DNA of 64,000 nucleotides from Bacilli bacterium (GTDB lineage Bacteria; Bacillota_I; Bacilli_A; ML615J-28; CAG-313): NCBI GenBank assembly GCA_017411715.1, contig JAFQPO010000005.1, positions 662 to 64,661 of the forward strand, read 5' to 3'. Shown piece by piece: positions 20,087 to 29,692 of this stretch (position 1 is its first letter; each line of letters starts with the position of its first letter). The notes under the pieces were generated by a model. It saw only the letters and a program-made list of their open reading frames with translations, ran no database searches and was not told where the DNA came from. The position numbers and the translations under genes were made by a program.

Positions 20087-20407
20087 ATGAAAAAAGAAAC
20101 TATTGAAAGAATTAGAAAATTTACTAGTGATCGTGATTGGGATCAATTTCATACACCATCAAACCTTGCTAAATCAATTTCAATCGAAGCTGCTGAATTA
20201 TTAGAATGTTTTCAGTGGAGTGATACTGAATATGATTTAGAACATGTTTTAGAAGAATTAGCTGATGTGTTAGTTTATTGTCAAGAATTAGCTGATAAGC
20301 TAGGAGTTGACGTAGATGAAATTGTTAATAAAAAGATGACTAAAAATGAATTAAAATACCCAGTTGATAAAGCAAAAGGCAATAGTACTAAATATAATAA
20401 ACTATAG
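20087..20407 (+). CDS. MazG-like nucleotide pyrophosphohydrolase (dCTPase-like)
   Basis: RDWDQFHTPSNLAKSISIEAAELLECFQW...EELADV. Confidence 0.9.
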   Translation: MKKETIERIRKFTSDRDWDQFHTPSNLAKSISIEAAELLECFQWSDTEYDLEHVLEELADVLVYCQELADKLGVDVDEIVNKKMTKNELKYPVDKAKGNSTKYNKL

Positions 20408-20426
20408 TTTTATTTAAGGAGTAAAT

Positions 20427-21014
20427 ATGAATTTTGATTTCCAAGTAAAAGAGTTAGGAATTGAATATGGTGTAATCTTAGGTAATGAAAAAATTGTCTT
20501 TATTAAATGTGGCTTGCTAGGTTCATTAAGAGGTTATCATGATAAATATCTTAAAGTCGCAAAAGAGTTAAATAAAGAATATGGTTACACAGTTGTTTGT
20601 TCAACTAACCCCGACTTAGGAAAAATTGACCAATTACAATTAGGAATTAATTTTATTACTAATTTAGCTAAAGATAATAATTTGTTAAATTTTGAGATAT
20701 ATTACATGGGTAATTCGTTAGCGGGAATGTATGGAGCTAAGTATGGTTACTTACATCAAGAAATCAAAAAGATGTTATTAATTAATGCTCCGCTTTTAAA
20801 GAATGTTGATTTATTATTATCAGGACTTAGAAAGTTTAATGGTGATAAAGTAGTTTTAGTATATGGTGAGGCTGATCCATCATTTAAAAATACTGAACTA
20901 TTAAAACTAGTAAGTAATGACAAAGTATTTGTTGAAATTATTAAAAATGCTGACCATAATTTTACTAATCAAGAAGTAATTTTCGAAAATTTAATTTTTA
21001 AATATTTATTATAA
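20427..21014 (+). CDS. Alpha/beta-hydrolase-fold protein
   Basis: Nucleophile elbow GNSLAG, LVYGEAD, ADHNF. Confidence 0.65.
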   Translation: MNFDFQVKELGIEYGVILGNEKIVFIKCGLLGSLRGYHDKYLKVAKELNKEYGYTVVCSTNPDLGKIDQLQLGINFITNLAKDNNLLNFEIYYMGNSLAGMYGAKYGYLHQEIKKMLLINAPLLKNVDLLLSGLRKFNGDKVVLVYGEADPSFKNTELLKLVSNDKVFVEIIKNADHNFTNQEVIFENLIFKYLL

Positions 21015-21025
21015 CAGGTGCAGTT

Positions 21026-21748
21026 ATGAATGTGAAAAAGAAAGTTATTACGATATCTTGTATTCTTATTATCTTTATTATTTTATTGATTGGAACGAGT
21101 CATATTTCAGATAAATTAGATAAAATCAATAAAGAAAAAGAATATAAATTAATAGTGGAAAAGTACTACGCAGATAAATTAACTTTATATGAAAAAGAAA
21201 ATAACTATTATGATGATTATGAAATTGATGTAGCATTTATTGGCGATAGCTTAACTGATGGTTATGATGTAAGTAAGTATTATCCCGAATTTAAAGTGGT
21301 AAATAGAGGGATTGGTGGAGAAACAACTATTGGATTAGAAAAAAGATTGAAAGTGTCAGTATTTGACTTAAAGCCAAAAGTTGTTGTAATGTTAATTGGA
21401 GCTAATAATATGGCGACAATGTTTGGTAATTATGAAAACATTTTAATTAAATTACAAACAAATTTACCTCATACCAAAGTTGTACTACTATCTTTAACTT
21501 CAATGTCTAAGGAGTGGGGAAAGAAGAACCATTTAGCAAGTTATAATAATGTAATTATTAAAAAACTTGCGGAAAAATATAATTATACTTTTATAGATTT
21601 ATACTCACCGCTTTTAAACTTAGAAACTGGTGAATTATATGAAGAATATACTTTTGATGGTGGACATTTAACACATCAAGGATATGTAGTCGTAACAGAT
21701 GTAATTAAGCCAGTTTTAAAAGAATTATTAAATCAAAACAATCTATGA
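21026..21748 (+). CDS. SGNH/GDSL lipase-esterase, N-terminal membrane anchor
   Basis: FIGDSLT, NRGIGGETT, IGANN, DGGH. Confidence 0.9.
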   Translation: MNVKKKVITISCILIIFIILLIGTSHISDKLDKINKEKEYKLIVEKYYADKLTLYEKENNYYDDYEIDVAFIGDSLTDGYDVSKYYPEFKVVNRGIGGETTIGLEKRLKVSVFDLKPKVVVMLIGANNMATMFGNYENILIKLQTNLPHTKVVLLSLTSMSKEWGKKNHLASYNNVIIKKLAEKYNYTFIDLYSPLLNLETGELYEEYTFDGGHLTHQGYVVVTDVIKPVLKELLNQNNL

Positions 21749-21758
21749 TGGAGGATAT

Positions 21759-22118
21759 ATGAAATATCGCGAATCTGAAGAAATGTATCTAGAAACTATA
21801 TTAATATTAAAGAAAAAAGATACTAACATCCGTTCAATTGATGTCGCTAACGACTTGAATTATTCAAGAGCTAGTGTGTCACGAGCAATAAATTTATTAC
21901 GTCAAAAAGAATATATTACAATTGATTCAGGAATTATTAATTTTACTGAATCAGGCTTAAAAAAAGCCAATGAGATTTTAGAACGCCACCACATAATTAC
22001 TGAAGTTTTAATCAAAATGGGGATTGAAGAAGAATTAGCAGAAGATAATGCTTGCCGTATCGAACATGTAATTAGTAATGAAGTACTTGATGCTTTTAAA
22101 AATTTTTTAGAAAAGTAG
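21759..22118 (+). CDS. DtxR/MntR-family metal-dependent regulator
   Basis: SEEMYLETI...IRSIDVANDLNYSRASVSRA...A.EDNACRIEHVIS. Confidence 0.9.
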   Translation: MKYRESEEMYLETILILKKKDTNIRSIDVANDLNYSRASVSRAINLLRQKEYITIDSGIINFTESGLKKANEILERHHIITEVLIKMGIEEELAEDNACRIEHVISNEVLDAFKNFLEK

Positions 22119-22124
22119 TTTGAA

Positions 22125-22895
22125 ATGATTCAATTATTATTATTTAATCTATTACTAATTATTTTGATTGTTCTTATTTTGGCAATTACTAAAAAAACAA
22201 TCAAAACTGAAAAAGGCAAGAATATTTTATTATTGGTTGTTGCTTTATCTACGATATTATGTCATTATAGTTCTTTATTGTATCATGGATTATTAGATAA
22301 TTCGGCGATGAAATTCCTTGATGAAAATCCTAATTTACTACTTCCCATTTATCCTTGTAATTTAGTAATGTGGTCTTGTTTGATATTAGGTTTATTAAAA
22401 AGTAAAGATTCTAAAGTAGGTTCATTCTTAATTGATTATATATTTTGGTTTGGTATTATTTCAAGTTTAGTAGGAATGATTGTTAATATTGACTATTTTA
22501 ATAATCCCACACTACTTGACTATGATGTAACAAAAGGTATTGTTGCTCACGCGATAATGTTATTAAATGTTTTAATCCTACCTGTTTTTGGTTTTGTGGA
22601 AATAAAATTTGAAAAAAATTTATTTCATATAATTTGTTCAATTATTTTAATGTATGTAGTAGGACTTTATTGTAACTTGGCAATAGAAGTGATTGGTTCA
22701 TATGAATATGCATATCATGTAAACTCAATGTTCATTATCCATTCGCCATTTGAACAAGTAACATTCTTAAAATATCCTATGATTGCGTTAATTGCGTTAG
22801 GGTGTTATTTTATAATATTTACAATATGTGATATGGTTAAATTCCCATCTTCAAAAAGATGGTATAATAGGTTATTGAAATCAAAAAAGGACTAA
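22125..22895 (+). CDS. YwaF/TMEM164-like integral membrane protein (second, diverged)
   Basis: LLPIYPCNL, GIVAHAIML, VNSMFI motifs; multiple TMs. Confidence 0.6.
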   Translation: MIQLLLFNLLLIILIVLILAITKKTIKTEKGKNILLLVVALSTILCHYSSLLYHGLLDNSAMKFLDENPNLLLPIYPCNLVMWSCLILGLLKSKDSKVGSFLIDYIFWFGIISSLVGMIVNIDYFNNPTLLDYDVTKGIVAHAIMLLNVLILPVFGFVEIKFEKNLFHIICSIILMYVVGLYCNLAIEVIGSYEYAYHVNSMFIIHSPFEQVTFLKYPMIALIALGCYFIIFTICDMVKFPSSKRWYNRLLKSKKD

Positions 22896-22922
22896 AAGAG
22901 AAAATTCTCCTTTAGTCCTTTT
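22883..22922. terminator. Bidirectional terminator between convergent genes
   Basis: AAAAAGGACTAAAAGAG/CTCCTTTAGTCCTTTT imperfect stem. Confidence 0.8.
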
Positions 22923-24234
22923 ATAATATCAACCATAGGGTAAGAAGTGATGTAACAAGAATTGGAACAGATAATTCTAAACCATATTTAGTAAAGTTTA
23001 AGAATGAAAAATCCACTTTTTGTTTCTTTAAAATGTGCATCCACATCATACCAGCTAAGGCGCCAATTGGAGTTAAGAATGCTCCAATGTTAGAACCGAT
23101 GATAGTTGAGAAGATGTATAACATATTGTTATTATTAGCACTCGAGATAATTGATGTAAAGAATAATGACATTGGTATATTATTGATTAAGTTATCAAAG
23201 ATAGATGAAGCAAAACCATAGATGAATGTTCCAAGTAGTGGTTTGTCGGTAAAATTATCAAATATTCCGGCGAAGTTTTTTGTAATACCATTATAATCAA
23301 GCGCTAAAATAATGATAAACATTGATAGAACAAAGATACCTAAGCTATAAGGTAGTCTTTTATAAACATTAGTAATTGTTGTTTTTTCTTTATTAATGAT
23401 TGAGAAGATTAATAAAGTAATTGTCAATGACCCCGCAAACATAATTGTTACTAACCACATTTCTAAATTAATATAACTTGATACCGCAAGTAATCCCGTA
23501 CAAAGTAATAAGTGAATAATACTAATGATAGTTAGGGCTTTATATTTGATTGGTTTAGGTTCTAAATGATCAATTTGAATTGGTTCTGATAATTGTTTTT
23601 TGAAGATTAATAGTAAAATAAATAACATTGTTAAAGCTGCTGCTAAAGTTGGTAAGAACATAATTTTAAAATATTCCATAAAACCAATTTCAAAAGCAGT
23701 AGCGATGTAAATGTTAGTTGGGTTACCAATAATTAGAAACATACTACAAGTATTAGCGGTAACAAATTCCATTATTAAATAAGGAATAGGATTAATCTTA
23801 ATCTTTCTAGCTAAATAACAAATAAATAATGTAAAAGTTAAAATTACAATATCATTACTAGTAAAAACTGTTAAGATAGCTACCATTAAAAAGATTATTA
23901 AAAATAATTTTACTTGTGAGTTTTTTACATATTTAATGGCTTTAGTCGCAACATATTCGAAAAAACCAAGTTCATCCAATGTAATTGATAACATTGATAA
24001 AGATAATAGTAAAACTATGATTTTTATTGGATTAATAGCCGAATTAGATGTAAGATTGTTTATCAAATGTTCTACTGGTACACTAACTGTTGCGATCATC
24101 AGTAAAGCCCCGATTAAAGCAATCATCCAAAAAGTTTCAAATGATTTATCACCTATTTTAATAGTTGGGAACTTAATAATCGAAATAATTAAAGTGATAC
24201 AAGTAATTACTGCGAGTACTATTGTAAACGTCAT
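22921..24234 (-). CDS. ArsB/NhaD-family (IT superfamily) permease
   Basis: FTSNDIVILTFT, IIGNPTNIY, INNIPM, IGSNIGAFLTPIGALAGMMW. Confidence 0.88.
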   Translation of the reverse strand: MTFTIVLAVITCITLIISIIKFPTIKIGDKSFETFWMIALIGALLMIATVSVPVEHLINNLTSNSAINPIKIIVLLLSLSMLSITLDELGFFEYVATKAIKYVKNSQVKLFLIIFLMVAILTVFTSNDIVILTFTLFICYLARKIKINPIPYLIMEFVTANTCSMFLIIGNPTNIYIATAFEIGFMEYFKIMFLPTLAAALTMLFILLLIFKKQLSEPIQIDHLEPKPIKYKALTIISIIHLLLCTGLLAVSSYINLEMWLVTIMFAGSLTITLLIFSIINKEKTTITNVYKRLPYSLGIFVLSMFIIILALDYNGITKNFAGIFDNFTDKPLLGTFIYGFASSIFDNLINNIPMSLFFTSIISSANNNNMLYIFSTIIGSNIGAFLTPIGALAGMMWMHILKKQKVDFSFLNFTKYGLELSVPILVTSLLTLWLIL

Positions 24235-24377
24235 ATTAAATCACCGCTACTATTATACTCTTAAACTTATTTTTGTCTACCTTTTTGTATATGAAAATCT
24301 TTTCATTTTTATCTAATCAAATTGATTTAAAAAACAATGAAAATATAGTATAATAAATAAAGATAGTGGTGATTAAA

Positions 24378-25538
24378 ATGAGTGAATTATTTAAATATAA
24401 ATTGTTATCTTTTGTTAGATATTTAGGGGATGCTTTATTTTATCCTTTCTTCGCGTTATACTTAATGACAACTGGGAAGACACCATCTGAAATAGGTTTT
24501 ATTTTATCTATTACACCGATTCTTTCTATTTTAGTTAATCCAGTTTACGCTAATATTTTTAAAAAAGCTAAAACGGTTCGAAAGGTTTTAGGTATTATTA
24601 CTTTGATTGAGGCAATTGTAATTGTATTAATTGGCTATAGTAGTAATTTCTATTTAGTATCAGTTTTAACAGTTTGCCTGGCGTTAAGTGGTTCTGCTCA
24701 CTATGGTTTAATGGATTCACTTATTAATTTATATGCTAATCAAAATAACGTTAATTATTCAAACATCCGAATGTATGGATCTATCGCCTATATAATAGGG
24801 ACAACACTAGGCGGATATTTAATCAAATTTATTGACTATCAATTTTGTTTTATTATCGCAGCTATTTTGTTTGTCGCAAGCGGAGTGTGCTATTTTATAA
24901 CTAAACCATTAGTTGAAGAGTCCTCCGTGGATGTTGATACAAAGAAGATTAATTATTTTAGTCTTTTTAAAAATAAAGAATTTTTAATATTCTTCATTTT
25001 GTATTTTCTATTAATGGGAACAATGTTTGGTACAGATGCTTTCTATTCTGTGTATTTAGAAAGTTTAGGTATTAGTTCTTCCCAATATGGAATAGTTTAT
25101 TCATATTTTGTGACATTTGAAGTCGCAACTATTATAATAGCTGGTAAATGGTTTAAGAAGGTCAAAAAAGAACATTTGTTATTAGTATCATGCCTTTGCC
25201 TAAGTATTAGAACATTTATTAATTATTCTAGTTTACCAGTTTTAGTGATTGTTGCTTGTTCAATGTTTAGAGGAATTGGGTATGGAATTTTATTATATGT
25301 AAGTTTTCCTTTAGTTATTAAAATGGTTGGTGAAAAAGCATCAACGTTTGCGATAATGGGAATGAGTTTATTTCAAGCAATTCTAGTTGGGACAATTGAT
25401 AATTTGGGTGGTAAAATAATTGATAATTATTCCTTTAAGTTATTTTATTTTCTAGCATTAATTGTTTCGTTATTAATTGTTATATATGGGGTATGTTTTT
25501 GTATTTATAATAGAATAAAAAAAGAAAAATCTTTTTAA
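24378..25538 (+). CDS. MFS transporter (MFS_1-like)
   Basis: 12 TMs; YSNIRMYGSIAY motif; ATG 24378 after GGTGA. Confidence 0.85.
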   Translation: MSELFKYKLLSFVRYLGDALFYPFFALYLMTTGKTPSEIGFILSITPILSILVNPVYANIFKKAKTVRKVLGIITLIEAIVIVLIGYSSNFYLVSVLTVCLALSGSAHYGLMDSLINLYANQNNVNYSNIRMYGSIAYIIGTTLGGYLIKFIDYQFCFIIAAILFVASGVCYFITKPLVEESSVDVDTKKINYFSLFKNKEFLIFFILYFLLMGTMFGTDAFYSVYLESLGISSSQYGIVYSYFVTFEVATIIIAGKWFKKVKKEHLLLVSCLCLSIRTFINYSSLPVLVIVACSMFRGIGYGILLYVSFPLVIKMVGEKASTFAIMGMSLFQAILVGTIDNLGGKIIDNYSFKLFYFLALIVSLLIVIYGVCFCIYNRIKKEKSF

Positions 25539-25587
25539 AATATGGTATAATAATGATGAATATAAAAGGGGTTAAATAGGTGATATT

Positions 25588-26763
25588 ATGAATGTGTTAG
25601 ATTATATTAAGTGGCGTGGCGATCTTAGTTTTGAACAAGATCCAATCAATGAAGTTGATTTAGGACTGATTTCAATGCTTGCATATTTGCCATTTGAAGA
25701 TTTAAAAATTGAAATTAATATTAAAAAATTAACTATTAAAACAATAGCTTCTTTAATAAAAAAGCACACTGAAAAAATTGTTTTAGGATTAATTATTCCT
25801 AATCAAGTATTAGAATTAATTGATTTAATGGCTCACGCGAAAAGATTCTCTGGTGTTGTTCTTTCTAATTATGTTCATCACATTGAGATGAAATTAAAAG
25901 GGCAGGAATTAGATACGCAGTTTTGTGCCTTTTGTGTAGATATTTCTACTCATCGACTTGTGGTTTTTTCGGGGACTGATGATACTGTAGTAGGATGGAA
26001 AGAAGATTTTACAATGCTTTCAGCTTTAGAAACACCTGCTCAAAAAGAAGCTTTATTATATTTAGAAAAAGTAGCAAATGATAAAAAACTAATTCTTTGT
26101 GGACATTCTAAAGGTGGAAATCTTGCGTTATATTGTTTGAATGGGACAAGTGATGAGATTGATAGTTTAATTGAAAGAGTTTATAACTTTGATGGCCCAG
26201 GGCTAACAACTGAAGTTGAAAAAGTTAACTTTAGCAGAATGGAAAAATATTATATTTACTTACCACAAACAGCTATTGTTGGGGAATTATTTAACCAATA
26301 CGGAACAAAAGTTATTACTAAAAGTTGTTTAAAAGGTTTATTCCAACACGATATTTTTACATGGGAAGTTTTACAAAATAAGTTTGTTATTGAGAAAAGA
26401 CCAACAGCTGATGGCGCTTATATGAACCGTAAAATCAAAGAAATTATTAGTGAATTATCAGCTGAAGAAAAAGGAATTTTCTTAGAAGTACTATTTAATT
26501 TATTAGATGCGACTGACGCGACAACTTTAATAGAATTACAAAATAAAAAACAAAAATTAATTAAATCATACATTGATTTAGATGCGGAGACTAAAAAAGC
26601 ATTTAACTCAATTATTAATAAACTAATCTTAGATAGAGTATTCCAAAGATATATTTTCGATAATATCAAAGAATATCATACAATTTCTAAGAGTAAAAAA
26701 GAACCAAAAAAGAAAGAAAAAAACATTATATCTAGTATTATAAAGACTAATAAGAAGGAGTAA
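25588..26763 (+). CDS. DUF2974 (Mbeg1-like) lipase-like protein
   Basis: VFSGTDDTVVGWKEDF, CGHSKGGNLA, YNFDGPG, FQHDIFTW. Confidence 0.88.
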   Translation: MNVLDYIKWRGDLSFEQDPINEVDLGLISMLAYLPFEDLKIEINIKKLTIKTIASLIKKHTEKIVLGLIIPNQVLELIDLMAHAKRFSGVVLSNYVHHIEMKLKGQELDTQFCAFCVDISTHRLVVFSGTDDTVVGWKEDFTMLSALETPAQKEALLYLEKVANDKKLILCGHSKGGNLALYCLNGTSDEIDSLIERVYNFDGPGLTTEVEKVNFSRMEKYYIYLPQTAIVGELFNQYGTKVITKSCLKGLFQHDIFTWEVLQNKFVIEKRPTADGAYMNRKIKEIISELSAEEKGIFLEVLFNLLDATDATTLIELQNKKQKLIKSYIDLDAETKKAFNSIINKLILDRVFQRYIFDNIKEYHTISKSKKEPKKKEKNIISSIIKTNKKE

Positions 26764-26766
26764 AAT

Positions 26767-27666
26767 ATGTTACAACCACTACAACCAGGCGCAACAATTG
26801 GTGTAATAGCACCAGCATTTAAGAGCTTCACAAAGCCAGATTTAGATAGATTAACTGCTATTTTAAATGAAGCAGGTTATAAAGTAATCTATGGAAAAAG
26901 TGTAAATGCTGAATATGGATACCTTGCGGGGGACGATAATTTAAGGGCTAATGATGTCATGAAAATGTTTAAAAACCCCGAAATTGCGGCTATTTTGTGC
27001 ATTAAAGGCGGTTATGGCGCAATGCGTATTCTTGATAAACTTGACTATGAAATTATCAAACAAAACCCTAAAATGGTTATTGGATATTCTGATATTACAG
27101 CTTTACAAAATGCTATTTATGCTAAAACATCTAACGTGTCAATTCATGGTTTAGTGGGAATAAGTCTACTTAGTAAGACAATTGATGATAATAGTAAAGA
27201 GTACTTTTTTAACCTTTTAAAAGGTCAAGAACTACCATCAAAACCTGATAACATTGATTGTGAGGGAGTACTAATTGGAGGTAATTTATCCTTAGTATCA
27301 TCACTTATTGGGACACCTTATATGAGTGATTTTAAGGGAAAAATTTTAATGTTAGAAGACGTTGGCGAAGAGCCATATGCGGTAGATAGAATGCTTACAC
27401 AACTAAGATTAGCTGGTGTTTTTGATCAAATTAATGGCTTAATTTTAGGCCATTATACTGATTGTAACCCTAGTGAATCGAAAAAAGATTGTCAAACTGT
27501 GGAAGAAGTTTTAGATGATTTTGTCAAAGATATTAAAGTGCCTGTTATTAGACACTATCCATTTGGTCATAGTTATCCATTCTTAAGCTTACCAATTGGT
27601 GCGTATGTTTATTTAGATGTACGTAAAAACATGGTTTGGTGGGATCAAAAAACCATATTTAAATAG
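26767..27666 (+). CDS. S66-family LD-carboxypeptidase (LdcA/MccF-like)
   Basis: KGGYGAMRIL, GYSDIT (Ser), LEDVGE (Glu), PFGH (His). Confidence 0.9.
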   Translation: MLQPLQPGATIGVIAPAFKSFTKPDLDRLTAILNEAGYKVIYGKSVNAEYGYLAGDDNLRANDVMKMFKNPEIAAILCIKGGYGAMRILDKLDYEIIKQNPKMVIGYSDITALQNAIYAKTSNVSIHGLVGISLLSKTIDDNSKEYFFNLLKGQELPSKPDNIDCEGVLIGGNLSLVSSLIGTPYMSDFKGKILMLEDVGEEPYAVDRMLTQLRLAGVFDQINGLILGHYTDCNPSESKKDCQTVEEVLDDFVKDIKVPVIRHYPFGHSYPFLSLPIGAYVYLDVRKNMVWWDQKTIFK

Positions 27667-27701
27667 GAAAAATTTATTTAGCAAAAAAGGAGAAAAACAA
27701 G

Positions 27702-28130
27702 ATGTTAGTAGTAATTGGCTCAGATCACGCGGGATATTTATTAAAAGAAGAAGTTATTAAATACTTAAATGAAAAAGGGATTGAAGTTGTAGATAAAGGA
27801 ACTAATTCAAGTGAATCAGTAGATTATCCTGATTTTGCGCATGCCGTATGTGAAAGTGTAATTGAAAATAATTGTTTTGGTATTTTAATTTGTTACACTG
27901 GTATTGGAATGAGTATGGCCGCAAACAAACACAAAAACATTAGAGCTGCCCTTGTTTCAATCGTTGAAGATGCTATTTTAACAAGAGAACATAACAATGC
28001 AAATGTCTTATGTTTATCAGCTAAAAACCTAACAGTATCTAATGCCACCACAATTGTTGATGCTTTTTTAAATACTGAATTTGCTGGTGGTCGACACGAA
28101 AGACGTGTTAATAAAATCGAGGTTTTATAA
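27702..28130 (+). CDS. rpiB: Ribose-5-phosphate isomerase B
   Basis: GSDHAGY, VDYPD, CYTGIGMSMAANK, REHNNANVL, GGRHERRV. Confidence 0.95.
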   Translation: MLVVIGSDHAGYLLKEEVIKYLNEKGIEVVDKGTNSSESVDYPDFAHAVCESVIENNCFGILICYTGIGMSMAANKHKNIRAALVSIVEDAILTREHNNANVLCLSAKNLTVSNATTIVDAFLNTEFAGGRHERRVNKIEVL

Positions 28131-28378
28131 TGAGTAAAAAAGAAATTGTAAAATTTTACATCAAAAGACATTTACCGACATTCTTCATTGTGATGTTAGT
28201 TGGAGTTCTTGCAAGTTACTTGGTAACTAAAAATGGAGAACCTGGTAATTTGTATTATTTGTTTGTGGGGGGCGCATTTTTAATAATTGATTTAATTTAT
28301 ACAATTGTAAGAGTAACAATTGATGTAAAGAAAGACTTAAAAAGAAAAGTTAAAATTTGCGAAAATAATGTAAAATAG
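28130..28378 (+). CDS. Small two-TM membrane protein
   Basis: Translationally coupled to rpiB; two hydrophobic helices. Confidence 0.7.
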   Translation: MSKKEIVKFYIKRHLPTFFIVMLVGVLASYLVTKNGEPGNLYYLFVGGAFLIIDLIYTIVRVTIDVKKDLKRKVKICENNVK

Positions 28379-28432
28379 TAAGAATAAGGCACTACTTAAA
28401 TATTCTATTAGAAATAATGATATAATCTTAGT

Positions 28433-28696
28433 ATGATTAGAACATTTAAAAATTTACTAAAGATAGAAGATTTTAAGAGGCCTTTTTTTGATTGCATAAT
28501 AATAGGAACTCAAAAAATCATTATTTGTAATCTTAATAAAGATGACTTATTTGACAAAGGATTTGCTGCTTTAGTTAAATATGGAGTGCTTTTAGACTAT
28601 GTGATTTTATGGGTTAGTAGTGATTTTGAACTCGAAACAGGGGTTGAAGTAGTAATTAATAATTTTTTTGAAAATTTTATTATTTTTATTGACTAA
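28433..28696 (+). CDS. Hypothetical protein (possibly leaderless)
   Basis: 87-aa ORF filling the gap; ATG 6 nt after TGnTATAAT; no SD. Confidence 0.5.
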   Translation: MIRTFKNLLKIEDFKRPFFDCIIIGTQKIIICNLNKDDLFDKGFAALVKYGVLLDYVILWVSSDFELETGVEVVINNFFENFIIFID

Positions 28697-28739
28697 AAAT
28701 ATAAAGTTTTGTGGTATAATATTAGTGAGAGGTATGCAT

Positions 28740-29009
28740 ATGAAAAAGAGTGCTATTGATATGTTATTTGATCAAGTTTGTCGCGAAAATATTACAGGCG
28801 AAAACATGAATGGTGAAGCTGTTGAGTTTGAACAAATTGCTTTGATTCCTTATAATGAAATGTTATTTGCGATATTAGTTGAAGTTAAAACTCAAGAAGT
28901 TTGTGTTTATATGTATGACACAGATGAAGATGGCGAAGTCTTAGTATTAATCGATGACGATGAATTGATTGATGAAATAGTTGAAGAGTACTATCGTTTA
29001 TGTGCGTAG
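28740..29009 (+). CDS. DUF1292-family acidic protein
   Basis: GEAVEFEQIALI.Y....AIL...IDDDELIDEI.EEY; ATG 28740 after GAGAGG. Confidence 0.75.
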   Translation: MKKSAIDMLFDQVCRENITGENMNGEAVEFEQIALIPYNEMLFAILVEVKTQEVCVYMYDTDEDGEVLVLIDDDELIDEIVEEYYRLCA

Positions 29010-29038
29010 CTTTAAATACAATTTAAAGGAGGACATAT

Positions 29039-29581
29039 ATGAGAATTAATGTACACGGTAAAAACAAATTTGAAGTAAAGCCAGGATTACGCGAATATAT
29101 TAATGAAAAAGTTGGCGAACTTGAAAAAATGTTTTCTGCCCATCAAGATGTTAGTGCAAATGTTGTATGTAAGGAGTATGGTACAGATAAAGTAATTGAA
29201 ATAACTATTCCTACCAAACATTTAATCTTGCGAGCTGAAACCATGTCTAATGATATGTTCCAATCAGTTGATTTAGCAGTAGACAAAATCGAAAAACAAT
29301 TATTAAAACACAAAAAGAAAATTAACTCTATTATTAGAAATCGTGAAGGGGTTGCTAACTACTTTAGTAACATGGTAAATGAAGCTGCTGATGTTGAAGA
29401 AACTAAAAAAGTAGTTAAATCAAAAGAAGTTGACTTAGAAGTAATGAGTGTTGATGAAGCAATGTTACAAGCAGAGCTTTTAGGACATGATTTCTATATG
29501 TTTATTAATCAAGATGATCATAAGGTTTCAATAATATATTTACGTGATGATGGCGATTACGGCATCATGCGTGCAAAATAG
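29039..29581 (+). CDS. hpf: Ribosome hibernation promoting factor (long HPF)
   Basis: EITIP...LRAE....DMFQSVDLAVDKIEKQL; C-terminal MSVDEAMLQAELLGHDFYMF. Confidence 0.93.
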   Translation: MRINVHGKNKFEVKPGLREYINEKVGELEKMFSAHQDVSANVVCKEYGTDKVIEITIPTKHLILRAETMSNDMFQSVDLAVDKIEKQLLKHKKKINSIIRNREGVANYFSNMVNEAADVEETKKVVKSKEVDLEVMSVDEAMLQAELLGHDFYMFINQDDHKVSIIYLRDDGDYGIMRAK

Positions 29582-29589
29582 TTAATTAT

Positions 29590-29626
29590 AAGCACCTTTT
29601 AGCTTTTACCCGCTAAGGGTGCTTTT
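29590..29626 (+). terminator. Rho-independent terminator
   Basis: AAGCACCTTTTAGC/GCTAAGGGTGCTT stem plus T run. Confidence 0.85.
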
Positions 29627-29692
29627 CTAAATGCTTGAAAAAAAATACAAAAAGTGGTATGATATAGATTAAAGAGATGAGGTTATATCAGT

